A stretch of DNA of 64,000 bases from an uncultured Solirubrobacterales bacterium. Its GTDB lineage: Bacteria; Actinomycetota; Thermoleophilia; Solirubrobacterales; Solirubrobacteraceae. A program made the position numbers and the translations under genes. The notes under the pieces were generated by a model. It was not told where the DNA came from and made no database searches. It saw only the letters and a program-made list of their open reading frames with translations. Within the stretch, counting starts at the first letter, position 1. Every line of letters starts with the position of its first letter. Where the stretch lies: NCBI GenBank assembly GCA_963770805.1, contig CAVYQU010000011.1, forward strand, positions 574,221 to 638,220. The letters are read 5' to 3'. Positions 20,325 to 30,282 of the stretch are shown here, in pieces.

Positions 20325-20990
20325 GTGACCAATCCCTCTGAGGCCCGCGAGGTACTCGACGAGCAGCGACACGACGTGGCTGCGGCCGCGCGGAAACTGG
20401 CTGGCGGGGGGCTGGTGCCGGGGACATCGGGCAACATCTCGGTCCGGGCCGGGGAGCTGGTGGCGATCTCCGCCGCCGGCTCAGCGCTGGACGGGCTCGA
20501 GCCCGATCAGGTCACCGTTGTCGACCTCGATGGCCGAGTGCGCGAGGGCGCCGGGGCGCCGAGCTCGGAGCTCGCCTTGCACCTCGGCATCTACCGCCGC
20601 TTCTCGTCCGGAGCGGTGGTGCATTGCCATCCCCCGTACGCCACGGCGGTGGCGTGCGTGCTCGATGAGCTTCCGGTCGTCCACTACACGCAGGTTCGGC
20701 TCGGCGGAGCGATCCGTGTCGCTCCGTATGCCAGGTTCGGCTCAGACGAGCTCGCCGCCCTCACCGTCGATGCGCTCGTCGACCGCGACGCGGCGCTGAT
20801 GGCCAACCACGGAGCGGTCACCCACGGTGAGGACCTCGACGCGGGCGTGGAGTCCGCGTACCTGCTCGAGTGGCTGTGCGCGCTGCACTGGCGCGCGGTG
20901 GCGCTGGGCACCCCGCGAAATCTCGACCCCGACCAGCAGGCCCAGCTGACCCAGCGGTTCCGAGGCCCGGCCTCGAGCGCCCACAGGTAG
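20325..20990 (+). CDS. Class II aldolase/adducin family protein
   Basis: GTSGNISVR, PSSELALHL, VHCH, LMANHG metal-binding motifs. Confidence 0.88.
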   Translation: MTNPSEAREVLDEQRHDVAAAARKLAGGGLVPGTSGNISVRAGELVAISAAGSALDGLEPDQVTVVDLDGRVREGAGAPSSELALHLGIYRRFSSGAVVHCHPPYATAVACVLDELPVVHYTQVRLGGAIRVAPYARFGSDELAALTVDALVDRDAALMANHGAVTHGEDLDAGVESAYLLEWLCALHWRAVALGTPRNLDPDQQAQLTQRFRGPASSAHR

Positions 20991-21032
20991 CGTTCACCCC
21001 GCTCGCCCCCGACTCCGAGGAGACCCCGCCCG

Positions 21033-22634
21033 ATGCCAACCGTCCGTGAAGCGACCTTCGAGCTGTTCCGCGCCCACGGGATGACCACGATCTTCGGGAA
21101 TCCCGGCTCCACCGAGTTGCCGATGCTGGCCGACTTCCCCGAGGACTTCAACTACGTCCTCGGCCTTCAGGAGTTAGTGGTGATGGGCATGGCCGACGGC
21201 TTTGCCCAGGCCAGCGGTCACCCCACCCACGTCAACCTCCACACCGCGCCCGGGGTCGGCAATGCAGTCGGGGGCATCTCCAACGCCCAGGCGAACAAGT
21301 CTCCGCTCGTCATCACCGCGGGGCAGCAGGTCCGGGCGCAGGTGACCATGGAGGCCAACCTCACCAACCGTGACGCGACCTACGGCCCGCAGCCCTACGT
21401 CAAATGGAGCCACGAGCCACCCCGGGCCCAGGATGTGCCCGCGGCGATCGCCCGGGCCATTCATCACGCCACGCTGCCGCCCAACGGCCCGGCGTTCGTC
21501 TCCATCCCGATGGACGACTGGAACGCCGAGGCCGACGAGGACCGGACGCTGCAAGCCACCCGCCGGCAGACCAACGGACGCAGCGTCCCCGACCCCTCAG
21601 AGCTCTCGCAGCTCGCCTCGCTGCTGCGCTCTGCCCGTCACCCCGTGATGGTGGCCGGCCCCGACATCGACGCCTCCGGCGGCTGGCCCGACGCGATCAC
21701 GCTCGCTGAGAAGCAGCGCCTCCCGGTGTGGGCGACCCCGGCGCCCGGCGGCGGGCGGATCGGGTTCCCGGAGAACCACCCCAATTTCATCGGCGTGCTG
21801 CCGCCGGCCATCGCTGCCGTCTCGGAGACGCTTGAGGGACACGACCTGATCCTTGTGGTCGGCTCCTCGGTGTTCCCCTACTACCCCTACATTCCCGGGG
21901 CCCTCCTGCCGGCCGGAGCCTCGCTGATCCAGATCACCAGCGACCCCAACGAGGCCGCTCGCGCGCCGATGGGCGACGCGATCGTCGGCGACGTCGCCCT
22001 CGCCCTGAAGGAACTCGCCGCGATGGTCGGCGAGTCCGAGCGCCACGCGCCCCACCCGCGCCCCGCGCCCGAGGAGCCGGCCGCCACCGAACCGATCAGC
22101 GGCTCGCAGGCGATGGCAGCGCTGGCCGACGCCTGGCCCGCTGACGGCGTCGCGGTGGTCGAGACCCCCTCGAGTACGTTGGCGCTTCGCAACCGGCTCC
22201 GGCTCTCGCGGCCCGGCAGCTACTTCTTCGGCGCCAGCGGCGGCCTCGGCTTCGGGATCTCCGCGGCGGTGGGAGTGCAGCTCGCCCAGCCCGAGCGTCC
22301 CGTCGTCTGCATCCTCGGCGAGGGCTCGGCGCAGTACGGGATCACCGCGCTGTGGAGTGCGGTCACCTACAAGGTCCCGGTCACCTTCCTCGTGCTCCGC
22401 AACGAGGAGTACATGATCCTCAAGTGGTTCTCGATGCTCGAGAACGTCACCGGGGCACCAGGGCTCGAGCTGCCGGGTCTCGACGTCGCCGCGATCGCCC
22501 GGGGCTACGGCATGACGGCGCGCGACGTCGACGGCCGCGACGAGCTCACCGCGGCGCTGCGCGATGACATCCCCGTCGACGACGGCCCACGGCTGATTCA
22601 GGCCCGGGTGTCCTCGGGAATGTGGCTGGACTAG
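21033..22634 (+). CDS. mdlC: ThDP-dependent 2-keto-acid decarboxylase, benzoylformate decarboxylase-like
   Basis: FGNPGSTELP, NLHTAPG, EAARAPMGDAI, GEGSAQY..N ThDP motif. Confidence 0.88.
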   Translation: MPTVREATFELFRAHGMTTIFGNPGSTELPMLADFPEDFNYVLGLQELVVMGMADGFAQASGHPTHVNLHTAPGVGNAVGGISNAQANKSPLVITAGQQVRAQVTMEANLTNRDATYGPQPYVKWSHEPPRAQDVPAAIARAIHHATLPPNGPAFVSIPMDDWNAEADEDRTLQATRRQTNGRSVPDPSELSQLASLLRSARHPVMVAGPDIDASGGWPDAITLAEKQRLPVWATPAPGGGRIGFPENHPNFIGVLPPAIAAVSETLEGHDLILVVGSSVFPYYPYIPGALLPAGASLIQITSDPNEAARAPMGDAIVGDVALALKELAAMVGESERHAPHPRPAPEEPAATEPISGSQAMAALADAWPADGVAVVETPSSTLALRNRLRLSRPGSYFFGASGGLGFGISAAVGVQLAQPERPVVCILGEGSAQYGITALWSAVTYKVPVTFLVLRNEEYMILKWFSMLENVTGAPGLELPGLDVAAIARGYGMTARDVDGRDELTAALRDDIPVDDGPRLIQARVSSGMWLD

Positions 22635-22648
22635 GAACGGGAACCCCG

Positions 22649-25450
22649 ATGCGCCTGATCACACCCGATGTCAGCCGCCTCGCCCCGGCTGAGCCTCAGC
22701 CGAGCGACGACCGGGCCCCCGACTGGGTGGCTGGAGGCACCCCCGAGCCGCTGCTCGAGGATCTGACCGCTGCGCTCGGCGCCGACCGCGTGCTCTCGCG
22801 CGCCCTCGACCTCGTCAGCTACGCCTCCGACGCCAGCCCCTACCGGCTGATCCCCCAGGCCGTCGTCATGCCCCGCGACGTGGGCGACCTGGTCAAGCTG
22901 CTGGCCGCGGCCCGGGCCGGCGGTACGCCGCTGGTGTTCCGCGCCGGGGGCACCTCGCTGAACGGCCAGTCGCAGACGGACTCGATCCTCGTCGACGTCC
23001 GCCGCCACTGGCAGCGCGCTCGGATCGAGGACGGCGGGGCCCGCGTGCGTGTCCAGCCCGGCATGGTGCTCGGGCACGTGAACCGGATGCTCGCGCGCCA
23101 TGGGCGCAAGCTCGGCCCCGATCCGGCCAGCACCGACATCGCCTGCGTCGGCGGGGTGATCGCCAACAACTCGGGCGGGATGCGCTGCGGCGTGTGGGCC
23201 GACTCCTACCGGACGGTGCGCTCGATGACGCTCGTGTTGGCTACGGGCGCCGTGATCGACACCGCCGCGGCGGACGCCGAGGCCAGGTTCGCGGCGGCGG
23301 CGCCGAAGCTGGCCGCCGGCCTCGAGGCGCTGCGCGACGAGCTCCGCGGCGACGCGGCCCTGGCCGAACGGGTCGCGCGCAAGTTCGAGATCAAGAACAC
23401 GACCGGCTACCGCCTGTGCGCGCTGCTCGACGCCGACACGCCACTGGAGATCTTCCGCCGGCTCGTCGTCGGCTCCGAGGGCACGCTCGCCTTCGTGGCC
23501 GAGGCCGTGTTCGAGACCGTGCCGCTCGGGCGCCACCCCTCGGTCTCCCTCGTCCTGTTCGAGAACATCGACGCCGCCGCGGCAGCCGTGCCCGAGCTCG
23601 TGCAGGCTGGGGCCACGGCCACCGAGCTGATGGTCGCCCCGACGTTGATCGCCGCGGCATTCAACATGCCCGGCACGCCGGAGCGCTGGAAGACGCTACC
23701 GCCCGAGTCGGCCGCGCTGCTGGTGGAGTTCCGGGCCGAGGACCCGGCCGAGCTCGATGATCCCGAACGTGCCGCGCTGAGGATCCTCGAGGGTCGGCCG
23801 CTCCTCGATCCTCCCAGCTTCTCGCGCAAGCCCGAGCAGATCGAGATGCTGTGGCGCGTGCGCGAGGGGATGCAGGGACTGCTGGCGGCGCTGCGCCCGC
23901 CCGGCGTCTCGCTGATCATCGAGGACGTCTGCGTGCCGCCCGAGCGGGTGGCCGAGGCGGTCAAGGACCTCCAGGCGCTGCTGGGCAAGCACGGCTTCTT
24001 GCAGGGGCTGGCCGGTCACGCCTCGGCCGGCAACCTCCACTTCCTGCTCACCCCAAACTTCGGCGAGCCGGCCGACCTCGAACGCTACGACGCCTTCATG
24101 CACGAGCTTGTCGAGCTGATCGTCGATCAGTACGACGGCTCGCTGAAGGCCGAGCACGGCACCGGTACCAACATGGCGCCGTTCGTCGAGCGCGAGTGGG
24201 GGAGCAAGGCGACCGAGATGATGTGGCGCATCAAGGCGCTGGCCGATCCCGACGGGATCCTCGCTCCCGGAGTGGTGCTCAACCGCGACCCAGGCGTGCA
24301 CCTGCGACATCTCAAGTCGACGCCCGAGATCGAGGAGGCGGTCACCAAGTGCATCGAGTGCGGCTTCTGCGAGCCGGTCTGCCCGTCGCGCAACACCACG
24401 ACGACGCCGCGCCAGCGCATCGCGCTGCGGCGCGAGATGGCCCGCCAGCCCGCGGGCTCGACGGTGCTCGAGACGCTGCTCGCGCAGTACCAGCACGATG
24501 GAATCGACACCTGCGCCGCCGACGGCTCGTGCCGGCACGCCTGCCCGGTGGGCATCGACACCGGCACGCTGATCAAGCAGTTCCGCCAGCGCGAGCACGG
24601 CGCACGCGCCGAGCGGCTCGGCGCCACCGTGGCCCGCCACGCCGGACTGGCCGAGCGAGCCGCCTGGGCCGGCGCCCACCTGCCGCTGCGTCCCGGCCTG
24701 CCGAAGGCGGCCCCGGCCGAGCTCCCGTTCACCGTCCGCGAGGGGGCCGCCGCGGTGTACATGCCGGCCTGCATCAATCGCATCTTCGGTGGCGACCGCG
24801 GCACTCAGGCTCCGACCGTGCCCGAGGCGCTGGTGGCGATCTCCCGCCGGGCGGGGCTGCCGGTCTGGATCCCACCGGACGTGCGGGGTCAGTGCTGCGG
24901 GACGCCATGGAGCTCGAAGGGCTTCGCCAGCGGTCATCGCCTCGTGGCGCAGCAGGCCGCCGCGGCGCTGCGGCGCTGGAGCGGGGATGGGGCGCTCCCG
25001 GTGGTCATCGACGCGAGCTCGTGCACCCACGGCCTCATCTCCGAGGTGGTGCCCGAGGGCGTTCGGATCATGGACTCGATCGAGTGGGTTCACGACCATC
25101 TGCTCGAGCGGCTCTCGCTGCGGCGCCGGGTGGACCGCGCCGTCGTGCACCAGACCTGCTCCGTGCGTCACCTGGGGCTGTCGGCGAAACTTGTGGCCAT
25201 CGCCGAGGCGATCGCCGAGGACGTGACCGTGCCCGCATCGACCGGCTGTTGCGGGATGGCTGGTGATCGCGGCTGGCTTCACCCTGAGCTGCCGGCCTCG
25301 GCGCTGCGGGACTTGGCGCACGAGCTCGGCGGCCAGCGCTTCGACGCCTGCCTCTCGAGCAACCGCACCTGTGAGGTTGCGCTTGGCGAAGTGACCGGGC
25401 ACCCGTTTGCTTCGATGGTCCAGAAGGTGGAAGAATTGACGCGGGAATGA
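22649..25450 (+). CDS. FAD-binding + 4Fe-4S (GlcD/GlcF-like fusion) 2-hydroxyacid dehydrogenase family
   Basis: YASDASPY, FRAGGTSLNGQ, GSEGTLAF, KAEHGTG, CIECGFCEPVCP, CAADGSC..ACP, CCG motifs. Confidence 0.88.
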   Translation: MRLITPDVSRLAPAEPQPSDDRAPDWVAGGTPEPLLEDLTAALGADRVLSRALDLVSYASDASPYRLIPQAVVMPRDVGDLVKLLAAARAGGTPLVFRAGGTSLNGQSQTDSILVDVRRHWQRARIEDGGARVRVQPGMVLGHVNRMLARHGRKLGPDPASTDIACVGGVIANNSGGMRCGVWADSYRTVRSMTLVLATGAVIDTAAADAEARFAAAAPKLAAGLEALRDELRGDAALAERVARKFEIKNTTGYRLCALLDADTPLEIFRRLVVGSEGTLAFVAEAVFETVPLGRHPSVSLVLFENIDAAAAAVPELVQAGATATELMVAPTLIAAAFNMPGTPERWKTLPPESAALLVEFRAEDPAELDDPERAALRILEGRPLLDPPSFSRKPEQIEMLWRVREGMQGLLAALRPPGVSLIIEDVCVPPERVAEAVKDLQALLGKHGFLQGLAGHASAGNLHFLLTPNFGEPADLERYDAFMHELVELIVDQYDGSLKAEHGTGTNMAPFVEREWGSKATEMMWRIKALADPDGILAPGVVLNRDPGVHLRHLKSTPEIEEAVTKCIECGFCEPVCPSRNTTTTPRQRIALRREMARQPAGSTVLETLLAQYQHDGIDTCAADGSCRHACPVGIDTGTLIKQFRQREHGARAERLGATVARHAGLAERAAWAGAHLPLRPGLPKAAPAELPFTVREGAAAVYMPACINRIFGGDRGTQAPTVPEALVAISRRAGLPVWIPPDVRGQCCGTPWSSKGFASGHRLVAQQAAAALRRWSGDGALPVVIDASSCTHGLISEVVPEGVRIMDSIEWVHDHLLERLSLRRRVDRAVVHQTCSVRHLGLSAKLVAIAEAIAEDVTVPASTGCCGMAGDRGWLHPELPASALRDLAHELGGQRFDACLSSNRTCEVALGEVTGHPFASMVQKVEELTRE

Positions 25451-25704
25451 GAACACGCGCCGGTTGGGGGGCAGGAGCAGCGCCTGAGCGGCCCCTCGCC
25501 GGCCTCTGCGACCGCTGCGCCCACCAGCAGCTGGTCCCGACGACCCGCGGCTCGGTGTTCTCGCTGTGCCGCCGCTCGCGCGACGAGCCCGAGCGTTTCC
25601 CGCGCTACCCGCGGCTGCCCGTGCTCCGCTGCCCGGGCTTCGAGCCCCGGCCCGAGGCCTTCGAGCCCCGGCCCGAGGGCTTCGAGCCCCGGTCAGACGG
25701 CTGA
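25447..25704 (+). CDS. Small Cys-rich hypothetical protein
   Basis: GLCDRCAH..FSLCRRS..FPRYPRLPV..C; start overlaps the upstream stop. Confidence 0.6.
   Translation: MRTRAGWGAGAAPERPLAGLCDRCAHQQLVPTTRGSVFSLCRRSRDEPERFPRYPRLPVLRCPGFEPRPEAFEPRPEGFEPRSDG
25636..25692 (+). repeat. 21-bp tandem repeat (~2.7 copies)
   Basis: G(G/C)CTTCGAGCCCCGGCCCGAG units encoding (G/A)FEPRPE. Confidence 0.9.
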
Positions 25705-25705
25705 G

Positions 25706-26671
25706 CTACTGCGGCGGCTGCGGGTCGAGGACGATCAGGTTGCTGCCGTCCTGAGCCTGGACCAGATGCTCGGCGAACAGCCCGCGCGAGGTGATCTGTG
25801 CCACCAGGCTGGCCTCGGGGGTCTGCTTCCACACGCTCAGCTGGGGCACGGTGGGCGGGAACTGCTCCGGGAAGGTGCTACTGAGCGGCTGGGAGAGCCA
25901 CGGCTTCAGCTCGTCGTGGACGAACAGCAGCGCCAGGTTGACCGGCTTGCTGGCCACCTTCGCGTGCGGCTTGGGGCAGATCCCGCTGCAGCCCTGCATC
26001 GTGTGTCCGGGGGGTAGGATGGCCACGACGTTCTGCACCCCGCCGATGTACTTGAACGTGTACAGGGCGAGCTCCAGGGCCTCGCGGCGCAGCAGCAGAA
26101 GGCGGTCGGGGCTCGGGGTCCCGGTGCCGATCGCGCAGTTGGTCGTGCCGATCCCACACAGGTTGTAGGCGATCGTGTTGCCACTGAGCAGCGAGACCGA
26201 GCTCGTGGAGGGATCGGTGCGCACCGCGACCTGGAGCCCGCCGCCGCTCGAGGACGACGAGGATGTTGTCCCGGACGACGCCGCCGCGCTCGTGGCCGCG
26301 TTGTTGTTGACGTTGACCAGCGTGACGATGTCGAGCTGATCGACCCCGGAGATGCGGTAGAGCGGCGCGAGGTGGTCGGCGATCTCCCGCGCCCCGAGCG
26401 TCCCGCCGTCCGTGGGCGACCAGCTCGACCACTTGGCGCCGACGCCACTGGAACGCCCGGCGGCGAGCGCCGCGACGGCGATGACGACCGCCGCGACGGC
26501 GATCCCCACGAGCGCGCCGGTAACCACGTGGAACTTGTGCGCGTGCGGGGAGCTCTCAGGACGCGCGGAGTGCTCGGACGCGCGGACCGCCGGTGCGCGG
26601 ATACCCGCCTTGGCCGCATGCTCCTCGCTGGCCTTCACGATCTGACGCTCACCGTTCATACGTTCGGCCAC
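25706..26671 (-). CDS. Hypothetical single-pass membrane protein
   Basis: N-terminal TM VVTGALVGIAVAAVVIAVAAL, Ser linker, Cys-containing outer domain; overlaps the upstream protease stop. Confidence 0.7.
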   Translation of the reverse strand: MAERMNGERQIVKASEEHAAKAGIRAPAVRASEHSARPESSPHAHKFHVVTGALVGIAVAAVVIAVAALAAGRSSGVGAKWSSWSPTDGGTLGAREIADHLAPLYRISGVDQLDIVTLVNVNNNAATSAAASSGTTSSSSSSGGGLQVAVRTDPSTSSVSLLSGNTIAYNLCGIGTTNCAIGTGTPSPDRLLLLRREALELALYTFKYIGGVQNVVAILPPGHTMQGCSGICPKPHAKVASKPVNLALLFVHDELKPWLSQPLSSTFPEQFPPTVPQLSVWKQTPEASLVAQITSRGLFAEHLVQAQDGSNLIVLDPQPPQ

Positions 26672-29070
26672 GTGCGGTCATCCATCAGGTCGATGTCGGG
26701 CCGTTGCAGCCCAACGCCGGCGAGCAGGTCGGTCACCTCGTCGCCGTGCAGCTCCTTGCGGTCGATCAGGCTCTCGGCGATTTGCTGCACCCCGGCCTGG
26801 TTCTCGGACATGAGCGCGTACGCGGTCACATAGGCCTGGCCGAGGATCTGCGCTGCGGCGCGCCGCTTGGTCGCGTCGCCGAGGACGGCCGCCACCGGGT
26901 CTTGAACCATCGGGCCGCCGCCGGCCCGGTTCATGATCGTGGAGCCGATCCGCTCGAGGCGCTTCAGCACATGCTCGAGGTCCTCGGTCGGCTGGGCGCT
27001 TCCGCCGATGTGCACAGGGTCGGCGCCCATGCCCCACATCCCGACCATCGCGGCCGCGGTGGCCGTGGCGCTCTGGACGTCGCCGCTGACGCCCTGCGAG
27101 TTCTCGCCGTAGAAGACGTGCTCAGCCGCCATCGCGCCGAGGATCATGATCAGGCTGCCCATCACCCGGCTGCGGAAGTGCGAGAAGCGCTCGTCCTTCT
27201 CCATCCCTTGGTAGTGGCCCAGCGAGCTGCCGCGCTTGCGGATCGACAGCCGTGTGGAGAGGATGTCCTCGCCCAGGTACACGTGGCCGGCGGCGGCGTG
27301 CCCGGCCTCGTGGATCGCCACGGCGCGCGTCTCATCGGGCACGTACTCGATGTTCTGGGCCGTGCCCGCCTCGACCGTGGTCATCGCCTCGACGATGTCC
27401 GGCCAGCCGAACACGCGCCGGCCCTCAGCGTGGGCGATGGTCAGCGCCATCGAGCAGCACTGCTCGATCATCGAGGGGGAGTAGCCGTTGGTGATCCGGG
27501 CCAACTCGTCCCGGCGATGATCGGTGTCGAGGTCGGGCTCGTGGTCGACCTTCTCCAGGTAGAGATCGAAGATGTCCTTGCGGTCGTCCTTGGTCGGCGT
27601 GCGGAACCAGATGTGGCGGCCCATCCGTCCCGGGCGGGTGAGCGCCGGATCGAGCACCTGGATCGGGACGTTGCACGCCCCAATGAAATAGATCTGCTCG
27701 CTGCGGGGCGGGGGCGTCGGCAGCCGCAGCGACAGCTTGCCGATTCGCCGCGGGACGATGAAGATCGCGTCGAGGAAGGTGTTCAAGCGATTGGTCATGA
27801 ACTTCCGCACCACGGGTGGTTCGTCGATGCCGTCCATCACCACCAGCAGCTGATTGAGGGCTTGGCCGCTGTAGCCCATGCCGCCCATGCCGGGGAGGTA
27901 GCGCTCGAGCCGCCCCCGGACCGCCTGGGCGAAGGTCCCGTAGCCCGAGGGCAGCGGTTGCTCGCGTTGGGCGAACAGCTGCTCGCGCCAGGCTCGGCTC
28001 TCGATCACCAGATCGCCGGTAGGAGTGAGCGAGCCGTTTGGGCCGTAGAAGTTGAAGTCGTGGATCGTGGCCGGCATCGCGCCCCTCATGCCACCGGCCT
28101 CGCCCTGCAGCGCCTGCCGCCGCATCCCCACCGCGTCGATCTCGTCGATGAAGACGATGCACTGGCCGCCCCACTTGCGAGCCAGCTTGCGGGCCTTGTG
28201 GGCCATGTACTGGACGACGAGCGCGTCCATTCCGATGAACATCTGGGCGAACCCCGAGCCCGGAATGGTCACGAACGGGCAGTTGAAGCCGGTGGCGATG
28301 GCCTTTGAGATCATCGTCTTGCCCGTGCCGGGGGCTCCCAAGAACAGCAGGCCGCGCTCCCGCTTGCCGCCGGCCTGCTCGAACTCCTCGCCCGACTGCC
28401 ACAACGTGATCACGCGGGTGATCTCCTGCTTGGCCTCGGCCTGCCCGCGCACATCGTCGATCTTCACGCCCCAGCTGGCATCGCCGGGCTCGTAGCTGCG
28501 GATCCCGCGGACGGCCATGAACAGGAACGGTCCGAACAGGATGAAGACATTGATGAACAGCAGCAGCGGCAGCTGGATGAACACCAGCGCCAGCTGCGGC
28601 AGGGTGTCCGGGGGGAAAATCTCTCGCAGGCCCTCGAACGGGTGGAAGAACGGCGCACTGACGCCAGCGAAGGCGAACAGCAACTGACACAGGCACAGCA
28701 GCAGGAAGATGATCCCGATCAGGACCGGCAACCGGCGGAACTTGGTCCGCCAATACCAGTAGCGCCGCCGGCCGACCAGGTCGTCCTCCTTGAGGCTCGC
28801 GTTGGCCCCGTACAGGCTCGGCCACGGGATCAGCTTCCGAACGATCACCTCGACCAATCCGCGGAAGCCGATCACGGCGATGAAGGTGATGATCAGCGAC
28901 CACCAAAAACTGAGGCGGTTGCTCTCGTAGAGGACGAGGAAGAAGGCGGGCGCGGTGAGCAGCGCCACGGCCGTGGCAGCGCGAGTCAGGCGCCGCCACT
29001 CATAGGCGAGAGCGGACGCGTGCTCGTTGATGGGTCCCCTCATCCGCGGGCTCTGCTCAGCGTAGGCCAT
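26656..29070 (-). CDS. Divergent FtsH-like membrane AAA+ ATPase / M41 metalloprotease
   Basis: N-terminal TMs, GAPGTGKT, IVFIDEIDA, LDPALTRPGR, HEAGH, VSGD. Confidence 0.85.
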   Translation of the reverse strand: MAYAEQSPRMRGPINEHASALAYEWRRLTRAATAVALLTAPAFFLVLYESNRLSFWWSLIITFIAVIGFRGLVEVIVRKLIPWPSLYGANASLKEDDLVGRRRYWYWRTKFRRLPVLIGIIFLLLCLCQLLFAFAGVSAPFFHPFEGLREIFPPDTLPQLALVFIQLPLLLFINVFILFGPFLFMAVRGIRSYEPGDASWGVKIDDVRGQAEAKQEITRVITLWQSGEEFEQAGGKRERGLLFLGAPGTGKTMISKAIATGFNCPFVTIPGSGFAQMFIGMDALVVQYMAHKARKLARKWGGQCIVFIDEIDAVGMRRQALQGEAGGMRGAMPATIHDFNFYGPNGSLTPTGDLVIESRAWREQLFAQREQPLPSGYGTFAQAVRGRLERYLPGMGGMGYSGQALNQLLVVMDGIDEPPVVRKFMTNRLNTFLDAIFIVPRRIGKLSLRLPTPPPRSEQIYFIGACNVPIQVLDPALTRPGRMGRHIWFRTPTKDDRKDIFDLYLEKVDHEPDLDTDHRRDELARITNGYSPSMIEQCCSMALTIAHAEGRRVFGWPDIVEAMTTVEAGTAQNIEYVPDETRAVAIHEAGHAAAGHVYLGEDILSTRLSIRKRGSSLGHYQGMEKDERFSHFRSRVMGSLIMILGAMAAEHVFYGENSQGVSGDVQSATATAAAMVGMWGMGADPVHIGGSAQPTEDLEHVLKRLERIGSTIMNRAGGGPMVQDPVAAVLGDATKRRAAAQILGQAYVTAYALMSENQAGVQQIAESLIDRKELHGDEVTDLLAGVGLQRPDIDLMDDRTWPNV

Positions 29071-29099
29071 TCGCTGCCAGTCAGGGTACAGCGCCCGCG

Positions 29100-29160
29100 C
29101 ACGGGTTCAACATCCACACTGTCGGAGTAATCCTGATGATCGTGGGCATCGTTGGGCCTG
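29100..29160 (+). pseudogene. Fragment of a small membrane protein (DUF6458-like)
   Basis: Reads HGFNIHTVGVILMIVGIVG without a start or upstream part. Confidence 0.45.
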
Positions 29161-29235
29161 TCGGGCTCTGTGCTCTCGGCGGCCGGGCGCCTTCACGTGC
29201 TGCCGGCGCACATCCACTGAGGGCCCGCGCGACCT

Positions 29236-30210
29236 TCAGGGAAGCGGCTGCCAGCTCAGGCTGTTCGTGAATCCGCCGTTGAAGTCGCTCGACCTCGAGT
29301 AGATCTGTTTTGGGCGACCGCCGGTGACCGGGAGCGTCAGCAACCTGAGAGTCTCCGCCGAGTCGTTCGAGAGCAATCCGACCGCGAGTCGCTTGCCATC
29401 GGGCGAGAACGCCACCGACTGGACAAGTCTGCAGCAGTTCCCCGTGGTCGACACGCTGTGGCGATGGCTGCCATCGGCGCGGGCGAGGTAGATGCTGCCA
29501 AACGTCTGGATGAACCCACCGTTGTTGAGGTAGACGATCTCGCGGCCATTTGGCGAGATGTCCGGATCCTGACCGCCGCGGATCAGTCGCCTCAGCCCGC
29601 GGCCGTCGACGCCGATCGTCCAGATGTCCGTGTTGTGCACGAATACGATCTTCTGTCCGTTCGGAGTCCACACCGGGCTGAAGCCGGTGATCGTCGTGGT
29701 GACGACGTGGACATCGCCACCGGCGAGGTTGCTGGTGACGATCTGCCCCTCGGAGCCGATCGCGCCACGCACGTAGACGATCCGGTGGCCGTTCGGAGAG
29801 AAGGTCGGCTGGAAATCACTCTCGGACGGGCCGTGATCGATGACATGGGGAGCCCCGCCGCTGGCATTGGCGAGCACGATCACCTCGTTCCCCGCCCTCG
29901 CGGTCATATCCCACATAAGCCGCCGTCCGTCGGGCGAGTAGCTGATGCGGTCCCAGTCTTGACAGTAGATCGGATCCCCGAAGCTGTCGACGTCGCTGCA
30001 GGAGTTGATCCGATGAATCCCGCCACCTCTCGCCGAGAAGGTAGCGATCGCAGCCACGCCACCCGACTTCCCGTCACTGACGAACGACGACCAAGCGATC
30101 CGGCCGTTGCGCCCGTGAAAACTCGCGCCGGCGAGTTTCGGCAGAAGCACCCCTGACCCCAGCACACAGGCCCAGAATGCGATCGTGATCCGAGCTAGCC
30201 CCCTCCTCAC
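29236..30210 (-). CDS. Secreted TolB-like/PD40 beta-propeller protein
   Basis: Signal peptide from GTG 30210; repeated (Y/F/W)SP(D/N)G motifs. Confidence 0.8.
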   Translation of the reverse strand: MRRGLARITIAFWACVLGSGVLLPKLAGASFHGRNGRIAWSSFVSDGKSGGVAAIATFSARGGGIHRINSCSDVDSFGDPIYCQDWDRISYSPDGRRLMWDMTARAGNEVIVLANASGGAPHVIDHGPSESDFQPTFSPNGHRIVYVRGAIGSEGQIVTSNLAGGDVHVVTTTITGFSPVWTPNGQKIVFVHNTDIWTIGVDGRGLRRLIRGGQDPDISPNGREIVYLNNGGFIQTFGSIYLARADGSHRHSVSTTGNCCRLVQSVAFSPDGKRLAVGLLSNDSAETLRLLTLPVTGGRPKQIYSRSSDFNGGFTNSLSWQPLP

Positions 30211-30282
30211 CCGACGGACGTTACCGCAGCGTTCAACCGACCCGGTGATTCCTTCCACTGCCAGGCGCCTATATTTCTCCCG

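Noticed and set aside
17490-20372. Long antisense ORFs (also 2899-4326, 13213-14736, 23696-25456, 27425-28999)
   Set aside because: Shadow ORFs opposite well-supported genes, typical of high-GC DNA; no motifs.
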